A stretch of DNA of 64,000 nucleotides from Bispira polyomma (Eukaryota). Every line of letters begins with the position of its first letter. Position 1 is the stretch's first letter. Below are positions 24,280 through 36,690 of the stretch, piece after piece. The position numbers were made by a program, and so were the translations under genes. The notes below the pieces were generated by a model. That model did not search any database. It saw nothing but the letters and a program-made list of their open reading frames with translations, and was not told the DNA's origin. The stretch lies in assembly GCA_965649765.1 (NCBI GenBank), contig OZ287753.1, positions 32,054,001 through 32,118,000 of the forward strand, in the 5' to 3' direction.

Positions 24280-26619
24280 CTGAAGGCATTCCAAGCCAAG
24301 AAACAATTCTATTTAACTATGACTGTATGGGCTGTTTTAAATATTTATTTATTGTTGTCAAGCTTAAGCTTCCCAAATAGCAGCAAATCAAAGTTTTAAC
24401 TCATTAATTCTACAATTTGCTAATATAAGAAATATCTTTGTATATGTTTGAAATTTAATACTGATTTCGATATATATATAAAAAAAAAATAATCTCTTAA
24501 CAGCAGATATTATTGATGCAAACACTGAGTGATATAACATCATCTAAGACTTATTAATTTTGGTGTGTAGAGCTGATAGCCTGGGCTAAGGCTAACATTG
24601 AAACTCAAGAGTTATGTATACAAGAAGATAATTTACTTAGGACTAGAAAAAAACAGTCAAAAGGACATAAATACACACAAAGAAGAGGAGGTAAAAAAAT
24701 CAACAAGACAAACTCTGGCCCCAGGCTGTCATTTACCTTTTAAGGCTCCTCAACCAATCTACTGTAAATGACAGAACACCATACCTTACATCTTAAGATG
24801 TTCTACACCTGAGAGTCACTATCTACTAATACACATACTGCAGTTTATATATATCTTTTATACACTACACAAGTGTACACCACACAGTATGACAAATTAT
24901 AATAATTCTTTTAGGAAAACAGTAAAACAGGGTAAATTCTATTTGTATTTGCAATATATCGCAACAGTAAGCAGATTTAAGCAGGTTTACGATCCTTTCT
25001 ACTCTCAAGACTACTTTAAACTGAACTTTTATGGTAAAGAAAGAAAAAACAGAAAAGAAAGAAGAACTACTACTTTTGGCCCCCCTTAGCTATGAGTTAA
25101 GACATCTGAGAACTCACTATTTACTAACACCTGTATTTGCAAAGTTAAAGCTTGGGTTATTTGAAACCTGTAAATACATTAACATTGATATATTTAAAGG
25201 GCCAGCATAATACAAGTGTTGTTACATGGGCAAATAAGTTAGAGAACCATCAGCATTGAGGGAGCACTCCGAAGGTAATCAGGGTTAAATGCTTCACTTA
25301 AAAGTGTGGATAAAACATAATATTTAACTTGTAACAAAGGGCTTTTATAAAGCACTATATATATGTATATACACAGACATGGGGGAGAGACAGAGGTATA
25401 ACAGCTTTATTTCTAAACTTCCAGACGTAAAATGACTATGGTAAATATAAGATTAAGTTTGTCTTATCTTGCATTTACTTCCAAACAAAGAACTAGTTTT
25501 ATCAGATTTACAAGTCACATTTTAATATTTTTTTTAGGCAATATAACAATGGGGACCTTTTATTCATTGTTCAAAATATTTTAGGGGACCCACAGTGTTT
25601 TTTACTATTAGTAGATAAACTTCAAATTTGTAGAATGTTGAAGAGAAAAAAAAATTGTCTTTACCAAATTTAAAGTGTCCAAAACCTTTACTCGTTAACT
25701 TTACTCATTATTTCGAAGACTATAATAATTCAAAATAACGAAAAACATTTTATTCAGATTTTTTTTTTCAACTGGCTAACTCAACCAGCAAGTTTCTAAT
25801 GAAATGACACAACCCATTGCACCATATGACCTTTACATAAAACTCAAAAATGTCAGTCTATGACAACACAAGAGAGGAGTATAGTGCAGACTGATGGCTG
25901 AAGTTCCAGTATGTTCATTGCCTGCTGTATTTGTTGGTGTCTTTCTATTCGTGGACACAGACACTTTACATTTGAATTCTTTAACACATAGATAATAACC
26001 TTGTTATAGTTTCAGCATAAATATGAACAGGGTGAACTGTTATTCCTTAGGCCTGCATTTTAGTGACTAAGATATCATTAATTATTTTCTTCATTTTAAG
26101 ACTGCCTAGAAATAGTTTTCTTGATTTCCGTGACACTATTGACTGTAGGGGTATCAAGTTATAAATTCAAGAATAAAGTTATATAACTTGTAAAACCTAT
26201 GGAAATAACTGTGTACTATATCTGTAACTGATAGATGATATGTTTATTGCTCAAATAAAATTTCAATAAGTGTATGTATGTGACTGTCACAGTCACGTCC
26301 TGTTTTGGCTTCCTGGTACATAGACAAACCAGTCCTAAAACCTCACCGTTCCCTAATGTGGTGAGCTCTTGATGACACATACACCCTGCAGTGATTACAC
26401 TGAACAGCTATTAAGGCCTCTCATAACTCTGCACTATCAGTAGCAATCCTAAGGCTTATGTGTAATTTACGATTTAATAGAAATATTTGTGCACAGCTAC
26501 AGAAACAACAAGCAGAGGAAGTCCTAAATATGCGAAATATACCATAACATAGCGAAAACTCAGATAGAAAACTCTGACTAAAACAAAACCTATTATAACT
26601 CAAGGATCACTAGTCTTAA

Positions 26620-26828
26620 GAATTTGAATTTGTTTGGGTGTTACGTCACTTTCAATGGCTTAGATTGTATCAGAACGGCCTGATTTAAGTGTCAAAGAAA
26701 CCAGTGCTGAAGCCACTGTAAACCACCAGCCTATGGCAAGTAGAAACAGGATTTGAACCCACATTGGTGAGAAAGGCAAGTGATTGTGAAGCAGGCGCTT
26801 CTGAGCACTAGCGCCACACCGCGGCCCC
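26620..26828 (-). mobile_element. tRNA-derived SINE, related subfamily
   Basis: Minus strand starts ggggccgcggtgtggcgctagtg...cttcacaatcact...gggttcaaatcc and ends in an aattc tail. Confidence 0.75.
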
Positions 26829-28480
26829 TCACAAGTCAAAGAAGGACTATGTTGTCTATATGAAGACTTCTTGTCACATTGATTGCCCTCAATGACAGCA
26901 TCATTCTGTAGTGTGTTGAGCACTTTATGTAGAAGTAAATACACTAAGATTCATAAGATACCCGCTTACAGCAGCGTACATCAATGATGACTAGACCAAT
27001 AACAATATAGATGATTACGTCTTCAAGAATTAAGAAAATCTAAAGAGAACCAGCTGTTCGTTTGTTGTCCCCACTACTTTCACCAGGAGTGAAATATAAT
27101 TAGCTTTTTTATTGACCTCCCCAAAAATTGGTAAACTGGAATAAATAAAACTGGAATGCTAAGAGGTTTGACATTACAGGGGGTGTGTGTGTGTGGGCGG
27201 GGGGGGGAAGAGATAATAACTACAGTGACCTATCTTGACCTAAGCTTCTTACTGCTTTACTTAATACGGAAGCTACCAGGAAACTGGACAGGATGCATGC
27301 CACCCTAAGAGAGACTTAACAATCTTGCCTCAAACTGATATTAGCAGTATGTAATAAGAAGTCACTTCCCTCCCACTTTTTGGAGTAATTAAAACAAGAC
27401 AGGAAGATCATGATAAAGACGCTCCCTGACTGAAAGACAGCATGCTCTCCCAATAAAAAAGAGTATGCATTATTTCACCAAAACATATTAATTACTTTGA
27501 GCTAGAGAAAGTAGGCTAAGGCCTGAAGGTATACTGACCACACTTTCTCTCACTGTGTCACACTTCCTTCACAATAAGTGAGGGAAAAAAAGGTAATATT
27601 GTGGACAACAGGACAATGGTCCGCTGCAAATGGACAGCAGGTGAGAAGGATATCATTATGGCACAGAGACAATAATGGAAAGAAAACAGTCCCCCTAACC
27701 TCCTCCCACAACATTTTAATGAAAGTTGTTATTATTTTGACATTCAAATTAGAAGAAGGAGGGGTTTTGTATAAATGAATGTGATAATAGAAGGCAGGTG
27801 AGAAGGCTGTAATTAGTGTGCTGGTGGTGATATAGTTATGGTAAACAAAAAGATAACCGAGGGTGGACAATGGAAACGAGAGGTGACCAAACTGAGCATC
27901 TGTTCAGAGTGAAACCAGAGACAAGACTACAGAAACAATAGTCTGAAGGTTAAAAATTTGAAACGTAAATAGAATAGAATAGAACAGCAACTGTGTGGAA
28001 ATGTCTATTAATAGAGAGAGTCTATCAGAATTTGTACTGGCACTTTTAGGTGCCTCAAATTGGCCTCAATTTTCGATTTTAGCGCAGAGTTCCTCCTTTC
28101 ACAAGAAGACATTGCAAATGCAAAGACTTGGAGTTCGATTAAAATATATGCTTTTACTAAATATGTGGAGTTTAAAGTCCAAAATTTTTAATGTAAATTA
28201 CCGCAAAAAACCCTAGCAAAATACACAGAAAGAAACAAAATTTAGTCAACTGATAATTTTTATCTTTTTACCTTTGGAAATGCAAAATAATTTGTGTCAC
28301 CCTCTTCAAAAGGTAGTGGTCACTGTTATAAACACAATTTTTTAATGAAAGTTGTGGTGAGAAGAGGTGAGGCTAGTGGTCTAAAGTCTCATCTTACAGC
28401 ACTTACAGACCTAATGAGACACACTGCAGCCAAACAGTGTGTTGTACTAAAATTACACTCTTACAAACACTAGTCTCGAT

Positions 28481-28717
28481 TAGAGTAAGGAATCTAAAAT
28501 TTGCCACTGTGTATGTAAAATTTGCCTTCCAGAAAATGTGTGGTGTTTTAGAGTAGCATTGTGGGTAATATTTGTTGAAATTGAGATTTTTGTGACTATT
28601 TTGCGTTTCTTACCTAAATTCCACTTATTTTTCACCAGTTTTTTTTATTGATTTGGCTTCAATTTTAGGGGGTGGGGAATTTGAGATACAGTGGCGAATT
28701 TTAGATAGCTTACTCTA
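28481..28717. mobile_element. MITE family D
   Basis: TIR tagagtaaggaatctaaaatttgccactgt / acagtggcgaattttagatagcttactcta. Second copy at 51758-51992. Confidence 0.78.
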
Positions 28718-29259
28718 CATACAGAACACAATAGGGTGTTATCTTATTATCCCAGAAAATGTGTCAGCTATACAGGCTGTGACCTCTATGGCTTAGGTCC
28801 CTGTCATTTTTTTTTTATAATAATTACTCCTCTTAGTGTAATATTCATCTACTACTACCTCCCCCTCCTTGATTTTCTAGCTGGAGGAAATAGGTTTTTT
28901 TTCTGAAATGGAATAATTTAATTAGCGGTAAGATTGACACTTGCCATTGTGAGATGGCTAAGCTGTCATCTCTCTCTATGGACAAAGTCCATAGTCTCAC
29001 CAATGTTCACCTGTGTGGGTGCTGTCGTTGTGACTTCATTCTTGGCTATTAACACCTAATTCCCCTGTGGCACTGGTCAGAATGAAGATGCCATTTTTTT
29101 GTGTGTGGTTTTGTGCTCAAGTAATTAGTCACAAGTGCATGGAGAAAGCTTATTTATGTGTGCATAAAGTTATAGAAAGATTGAAATAAGAAACGCAACA
29201 TCACAGACTGATACCAAAATCATTACTGGAACTATTTTGTTTACCAATTTTGTTTACCA

Positions 29260-30928
29260 ATTAAGAGAATTAGAGATACTTTTGTTGTCTCTGGAACTAA
29301 AACTGATGTTCATCCTCTTTCTGATCCCCCAGAAATTACTGCCTTTACCAGAGTCTCTGAAGATGATGTTAGTAAAATAATAAGTAACTCGCCTACAAAA
29401 TCCTGCATGTTGGATCCATGGCCAACATCTCTTATTAAAGAATGTAGTGATATATTACTACCATCCATTACAAAACTTGTAAACTGCTCACTTACGGAGG
29501 GACATGTACCTGATGGTTTTAAAACAGCTGTGGTTACTCCTCTTATTAAGAAGGCTTCTCTTCCAGTCGATGACCTGAAGAATTATCGCCCTGTATCTGG
29601 TCTTAGTTTCATATCAAAACTGGTTGAACGTGTGGTTGCTAGGCAACTGTTAGATCACATCTTTGTCCACGACTTAGACAACCCATACCAGTCTGCGTAT
29701 AAAACTGGTCATTCGACTGAGACAGCTCTTCTGTCTATAAAAAATGAAGTTCACCTATCTTTGTCAAGAGGGGAACCTACTGCCCTGGTACTGCTCGATC
29801 TCTCTGCTGCCTTTGACACCATTGATCATTCCACGCTTCTCAGTTGTCTTCAAACTTGGTTTGGAGTTACGGGCTCTATTCTTAAATGGTTCACTTCCTA
29901 CTTAACTGATCGTTATCAGTCGATAAAAATTGGCTCTACTCTGTCCGATCTTTGTAAACTCTTGTTTGGTGTCCCTCATGGTTCTGTTTTGGGCCCTCTG
30001 TTGTTCTCAATATATATACTGCTCCTCTCAGATTGGTTATTGGCAAATACACAGGAATAAAGTTTCATTTTTATGCAGATGATACCCAAATTTATGTGCA
30101 CCTATCCAATAAAAATACATCTACTGCCTTTGAACAGTTGAAAAGGTGCCTTGACGATGTGAAAGAGTGGATGTCAGCTGGTAAACTCAAACTTAATCCC
30201 GACAAGACTGAGTTCATAATCTTTGGCTCAAAGCAACAGAGGGATAAGTTGAAATCATTGTTTCCAGTTGACATCCTGGGTAGCCCTTTCAGTCCAACTG
30301 ATTCTGTCAAGAACCTGGGTGTATGGTTTGACTCTGACTTTTCTTTCTCTAAACACGTTCAGAGTGTCTGCAAAAGCTGTGACTTTAGACGTGTCAGACG
30401 GTTTCTCACTTATGATGCTTCTATACTTGTGGCCAATGCTTTTGTCAGTAGTAGACTGGATTACTGCAATTCACTTTTCAGGAGTCTCTCAAAGTTTAAT
30501 TTACGCAAATTACAATGCATTCAAATAGTGCAGCTAGAATTGTGTCAAACACCAGTCGATACACTAGTATAACTCCTGTTCTTAAGAAATTGCATTGGCT
30601 CCTTGTTGAACAGCGTTCAGTGTTTAAGACAGCTACACTTGTTTATAAGTTTCTCCACACTGGGTTTCCAAAGTATTTTGCCCCATATCTTTCCACTTAC
30701 AGTAGTTCCTACAATACCAGACGTAGTCAGAGTGGTAGTAATTTCCTTGTTATTCCGAAGTTCCACCCATCTACTCAAAAGTCGGTTAAACAGTTTGGTC
30801 AGAGCTTTGCTTTTGATGCTCCCATTGTTTGGAATGGTCTTCCTGATGTGATTCGTGCTTCCCCCTCACTAGCCTGTTTTAGAAAGAAGCTTAAAACCCA
30901 CTTGTACACTAAAGCATATCCACCTTAG
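29260..30928 (+). pseudogene. LINE ORF2 reverse transcriptase and C-terminus, frameshifted
   Basis: NYRPVS, LDLSAAFDTIDH, GVPHGSVLGPLLF, FYADDTQ, LNPDKTE, SRLDYCNS, LHWL. Frameshifts at ~30018 and ~30525. Confidence 0.92.
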
Positions 30929-31080
30929 TCTCAATCATCCCCCGGCGCGCTCTATGTTGCTGACCCTTTTTCTGTCCCTTGATTTTGGAAATTGGATAAC
31001 TGTCTTTTGTGCTGGTGCGCCTTAGAGTCCCCTTTGTTAAGGGGAGATTAAGCGCAATAAAAGTCTAATTACAATTACAA
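29260..31080 (+). mobile_element. 5'-truncated non-LTR retrotransposon (L2/CR1 group)
   Basis: ORF2 RT remnants, 3'UTR stem-loop (gcgccttag..cccctt..aagggg..ttaagcgc), AATAAA and (attaca)n tail. Confidence 0.92.
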
Positions 31081-31989
31081 CTATAGCCAATAGGATAGCC
31101 AATAGAGTGCATACCTCGGCTGAGGTGCCACAGTGCCCAAACGTGACAAAAGCGAATGCAACAATCTGCTTTACTTATGAGATCCACTCCTAAATTTATT
31201 GAAGTTTTCCTTGGTCCATGACCCATCCCTCACTAAATTGTTATAAATTGGCCTAGTTGTTGTCTTTCTGTAATGCTAGTGTCTTAATACTAAAACAACT
31301 TCATGATTAAATACCAATACAACAGACATAGCCTTTCTATGAAGAGATGCCTTGATACAAACAATGATTTTAAAGAAGTAAAAAAAAAAAGATTGTCTAA
31401 ATTTGTCCAATGCATGTATTATCTTGTGTAGACAGTGAAAGCTGAGTAATGAGAGCCCATCCTTCAGTTACAATTCAATCTCGATGATGCAAAGCCTGGG
31501 AGGTATGTGGCAGTTAGTCAGAAAAAAAAACCTACTCCAGACTCGCATGAACAACAGACAAAACACAGCCATTATATTGAATCTTGCATGAACAGTTAAA
31601 AGAAGCCAGGGACTTTCTTTTTTCAAAAGACGAATACCCTCGTAGCCAAAGGCTTCCAATGAAAGACAGACAGGTAATAATGAGAAAACTCCCCACACTC
31701 ACAAAAAAAAAACTCCTTGTAGTTTCAGTCCAAAAAAACTTTCATCCTTTAGTCTTTGTGAAAAGGGAGAAAATCTGAGGCATTATTCACTAAAACACTT
31801 AAGCTCAACTCGGACCAAAACTCAAAAATATGTCAGGTAACTCTATACACATCTTAGGCTATGGTGAAGATAACTTCACATTCATTTGCATCTTTGAATT
31901 CAGCACTGAAAGCTCCATTAAAATAAATGAAAGCGTAAAATAAATGGACACAATTGTCAGGTATTTTCAAATACAAATGACTTCCCCAG

Positions 31990-32231
31990 GGCCCGTATTC
32001 TCGAACGTATACTCAGCTTAAACTCATACTCAACTCAAATATAGACCTTGTGGAAATCATTGCACATGGAAATAAACTATACTTGTGACCATTCATTTTA
32101 ATAGAGCTTTTAACCCTGAATTCAAATATCAAGTCAGATTTTACATATATTTACCGTATCCAGAGTTATAGAGAATCCAGATTTGAGTCGAGTATGAGTT
32201 TAAGCTGAGTATACGTTCGAGAATACCAGCC
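31990..32231. mobile_element. MITE family C, young copy nested in an older copy (~31779-32291)
   Basis: Near-perfect ~50-bp TIRs; CAG at 31987-31989 and 32232-32234. Confidence 0.85.
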
Positions 32232-32807
32232 CAGAGCTTTTAGTTGAATCTTGAGTTTTAGCTTGAGTTTCTTTGGAGAATTACGCACCCCGCCAAAAGA
32301 ATGCAATGAAAACGGTTAAAGGCCAGACAGACTGCTTTCTTTTCTAATTACATTTACACGTTTTTGCCAACAGGTTCCTAACCAAGTGAGTGGCTCAGTT
32401 TTAATAACTGCATTAACCTACTAGTACTCATATTTTTGTTCGTATTTTTATATGTTTTTTGTTCATATTTATATATTTGTGTTTATGTTTTTTTGAATAG
32501 TGTTTTTAATACTGATCACACTTGATTAAATATTCTAAACTAATTCTGTTTAAAATAAACGTATTTTGGTCTATATATGGCTACAAAACCTAATTGTGTT
32601 GATCACACCTATAGTGTCTGTACAGACATAAATACAGTTGAAACCCCCCTGTACATTTGCCAAAGCAATATTTCCATGTATCAGGGTAAGAAGTTTTAAA
32701 GAGGTGGTTATGGCTGCTATACTTAATGAGTGAGGACAAAAACGGAGGTGGGTGTTGAGTTTGATAACTTTGTAAACACCAGAAGGTTGTATTTAGACTT
32801 TTCTCAC

Positions 32808-32969
32808 CTCTGCACATTGCCCCTGTACAGTTAGCTGTATCTAGGTCTCCACCATCGCATTGATCCCCTTCATGCTGTGGCGGTGGGTTATCACACAACC
32901 GGCGACGGTGGTGTCTACAGTCCGGGCTACAGGTGGACCATGAGGACCATGTAGACCAACCGCCATCCA
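32808..32969 (-). CDS. unc5: UNC5 netrin receptor exon, second TSP1 repeat (162 nt, phase 1-1)
   Basis: tttcAG|...|GTgaga; encodes VDGGWSTWSSWSTCSPDCRHHRRRLCDNPPPQHEGDQCDGGDLDTANCTGAMCR. Confidence 0.92.
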
Positions 32970-34690
32970 CTGAAATGGTCAAAACATTAGGGTCACATGT
33001 CACATTCGGACCAATAGAGATTATTCTACTTTGTGTAGGATGGTCGGGCCCCTTAAATCTGATTTTTATTTCCTGTATTTCTTTCAATGGGAGCAGGCAT
33101 CTATGTAAGAGTACCTCGAATCTTAACACTGGTATGCTACATGAGGCTGTCTATTGCACAGTAGTCATGACAAAGTCACTGTTAGCCTACATTTCCATGC
33201 AAGTAATTTTCTAAGGTTATCAGGCAACGGCAATTTTATAGGTTTTATTGATTTATAATTATCTGTTTTCATGTAAGCATTACCGCTAGGCAATTTTTTT
33301 GGCTCCATAAAATTGCTGTCGCCCATTGTTGACATGAAAATGTAGACTAAGGCTGTGAAAGAAAGGTAACCTACTACGTACTCTACAGTTTAATAAATGT
33401 TCCATGTATATTATGGGCAAACTACACCCATACCAAATCAGATGTCATCTTACACTTTTGAATTTGAAGGAGAACATAAGCTACTAAAAATATTAGTCCT
33501 TGTCCTGATAAAAAGTAAATTTGATGTGTATTTCCTGTATTTCTTCAAATAGGCGAAGGGATCCACAAGTAAAAGGGTATCATAACATTGGTATGCTACA
33601 TATGAAGCTCCCTATGATAATGGTATATTTTACAGGAACTGCTTAAGGATAACAATATTAGTACAAAAATAATGTTGAGAAGAATTATTATGGTAAGAAG
33701 GTCCAGAAAATGTGACATTTTATATATAATAGATTACCCCTTATGGATCTACTGTTTTGTTATAAGGATAATGTTTGTTGACCTAATTTTACTCACTCCC
33801 ACTTTTCACATATCACCACCAAGACAATTTGACAGATACCCATAAACCAAAAAACATAAAGACACAATATAAAGCACACATTGACGGCAAATAAATGTAA
33901 ACGTCACTGAAATATACCGGTACTATAAAACATATAATACTTAAATTGTTTTAAACTTATAACTAACTACAAAATGTACAAAATAAAAAACATGAAATTG
34001 CATAAATCGTATTTCAAGTAATCACTAAAAATTACATACCGGAATACCAAAATTGCAAGGTTGACTTGTACAAACAATGTCTCATATTTTATATATTAGA
34101 GCACAGATATTATGAAACTTTTTCAGTGTTTAGTTTTGATTATATAAAATTCTAAGGCACTAAGATATTATCAAACCAGAATATAGTAGATACTGCACGG
34201 TAGATGAAAAATTTATTAGAAAGTTAATTCCAAGAGTTGTTATAAAGGACTGGCGAAAGCTTTCGTGAAAACCTTTAAAATAAATCTACAACTAAATCAA
34301 CAATTAGGCGTGATATTCCTTAGTTTATCTAGCCTAGAAAAATACAAGGTTTAGTTTATTCAGTACAATTCTGTACAATATGAAGTTTTTTTCCCAATTT
34401 CAAGATACATATTTTTGCTCCATTTTATTTTTCTACTTAAAAACATAGCAGAAAACTAAATCAACTAAAACAGAAACACAAAAAAGCACGTCAAAAAAAA
34501 CCAAAAAACTAAAATGAAATCCTACCTAAAACTGTACATCAAACAGAAAATAGTTACCAAGAAAGACAGAAATTGAAAAAGAAAAGACAATTTCTTTTTT
34601 TTAGAAAACAGTGAAACAGCTTTGCTCAAAACACCACGAAGGAGTAGTGCATTGAAATCACCCCTGGTGAGGCCATCTAACCTGTCTTAC

Positions 34691-34735
34691 CTGTATATAC
34701 AGAACTGTCAGGGTTATCATTGGGAAGAAATCCTG
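34691..34735 (-). CDS. unc5: Candidate 45-nt UNC5 cassette exon between the TSP1 repeats
   Basis: ttctaat branch-like motif, cacAG|CAG acceptor, CAG|GTAAGA donor, phase 1-1, no stop; encodes AGFLPNDNPDSSVYT. Confidence 0.5.
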
Positions 34736-36339
34736 CTGTGGTGATTAGAAGTGGGAACACACAACTTATGTCATATTTTAGAAGTTCAGTGTTATTTATA
34801 TAATATATAATATATAGGTGTGTACTGAGGATATACAACAAAGGACTGACTCTCTGCCACAAATCATGCTACAAGATTACTATAAAAGTACTTGTAGTTG
34901 TGTATCTAAAACTGTTTAATTACTATCACATTCTTGCAGAAAGATATGGTGGTCACATTATTATCTACTACACACAAAACAAATATAGAACAGTCACATA
35001 ACAGGGTTCTAGCTGAAATGATACACCTTTGACTGAGGATTAAAGAATAGACAATAAATAAGAATGTATTTTTAAAGAGCAGAGAGGTGGGTGGGGTAGG
35101 GGTAGTAAGGTTTATGACATACGTTTACTATAAACTACATTAACTATTGCTACTTTGGCAGGGTGTCTGAGTCGGTAATCAAATTTACTATAACTATGTA
35201 AGCAAAACTAGTAACAATGAAATCAAACATAGAATTTTCTTATGAAATGGTTCGTCACACATTGGACATAACAGTGATTTATTGTGGACACAAGACACAG
35301 TCACCCAGAGTAAAATATCTCTGATAATACGGAACAGAATTTGCTTAAGTGCAAGACTTGAACTTCATTTTTGATATTCCAATTTAGAGAAAAATTGTCC
35401 CAACAAATATTTTACGTAATTAACTCAATGATACAAGAACAGTAATATCATGTGTTAATAATCATAGTTTTGTACTTAGGGTGACCTTAAGACAGAACAC
35501 AATTTAAGTGGTATAGCTTAAAGAACAGATTTATCAGTCCCTTTGATGTTTTGTTTAAACTTTTGCCCCAAATCTGATCTCATTAGTCTTAAAGATGAGG
35601 ATATTCAACTAAACTAGCCATGTTGATTTCCCACCCCATTATAATGCCATTTTATGATGTCATCGGACATAAAAATGCATGCAAAGAATGGAATCTGAGA
35701 GACTATTTGTATAAACAACATAATTGACTGGAATTGTTATCTCTTAATGTCTGTACAGTGACCTATTTTAAAGAATTGTCATTATCTAAAACTTTCAACA
35801 CCTGTGAATGGTATTTTAAGGTACTAATCAAAATCATTCCTTATGATGATTTTTAATAAAGTTACTTAATAAATTATCCAGTGAATTTGTTTACTTATTA
35901 CCAATTAAGACGTTATAAACGACCATGCTAGAGCTTATGGAGATTTATTCACTACAGTATCAACATCTTCATGTGATCATCCTCCCTGTGTTTACTGTGG
36001 GACGTAATTGTAAGGTGACCCCCTAAAAAATTCATTTGAAAGTGGACAGGGTATAATTACAAAAGCTTCAGATCATCAGTAACAGAAGTAAATGAAAGAG
36101 CATTGATGGGGGTGATGGAAGAAAGTACAGAAAACGGTTTAAGTCATCTATGAGAGTGCTATTAAGAATACATAGAAGAGATCAGCCCACATAATGCGAT
36201 GTTCACACTGTGACAGTATGGAGAGACATTTTGAAAATCACCTTAGGAGCTGCAAGGAATCCTATTTATAATTTCCCCTAACTTCAGCTTCCTTCACAAA
36301 CCTTCTACCATGCCCAATACTTATGCCTCACCAAGGCAG

Positions 36340-36690
36340 TAAAAAAAAATGCTTCCGCCGGTTTCCGAATATATCTGTATCACTAATGCATGTCTTCCGC
36401 ACCAGTAATCATATGTTTGCATCTGTTTATCTGGAGAAGTTTCAAGGGGTATATTTTGGTACATTTCAGCCAAGATAGAACAGCAGATATAAACAGGCAG
36501 AAAGACAAGGTTACTAAGACCTTCCGGTAGCCTTTGCCTACCATAACCGCCAATGTGTGGACGGGGCATTATGTACAACACTAGCTGTGTCTTTAAGATA
36601 TGTCATCAGATGAGGTCCCCAAACCGCCAAAGCGCCCTGGGGCGGCTTCCCACAATCCTTGATCAAGATATCAATGGGTAAAGATACACA
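36340..36690 (-). pseudogene. Degenerate adenain-like cysteine protease fragment (Polinton/Maverick-type)
   Basis: GC-richer patch. Frameshifted minus-strand motifs VVHNAPSTHW and KQMQTYDYWCGRHALV resemble the N..(G)xHW and Q..CG catalytic motifs. Confidence 0.4.

Noticed and set aside
32590-33129. 179-aa ORF as a standalone gene
   Set aside because: Only 32808-32969 is exon; the flanks are read-through intron.
33050-33615. Diverged ~100-bp local duplication (also small ones at 6428-6545, 18551-18594, 21656-21698, 24793-25145)
   Set aside because: Ordinary local duplications with no sign of function.
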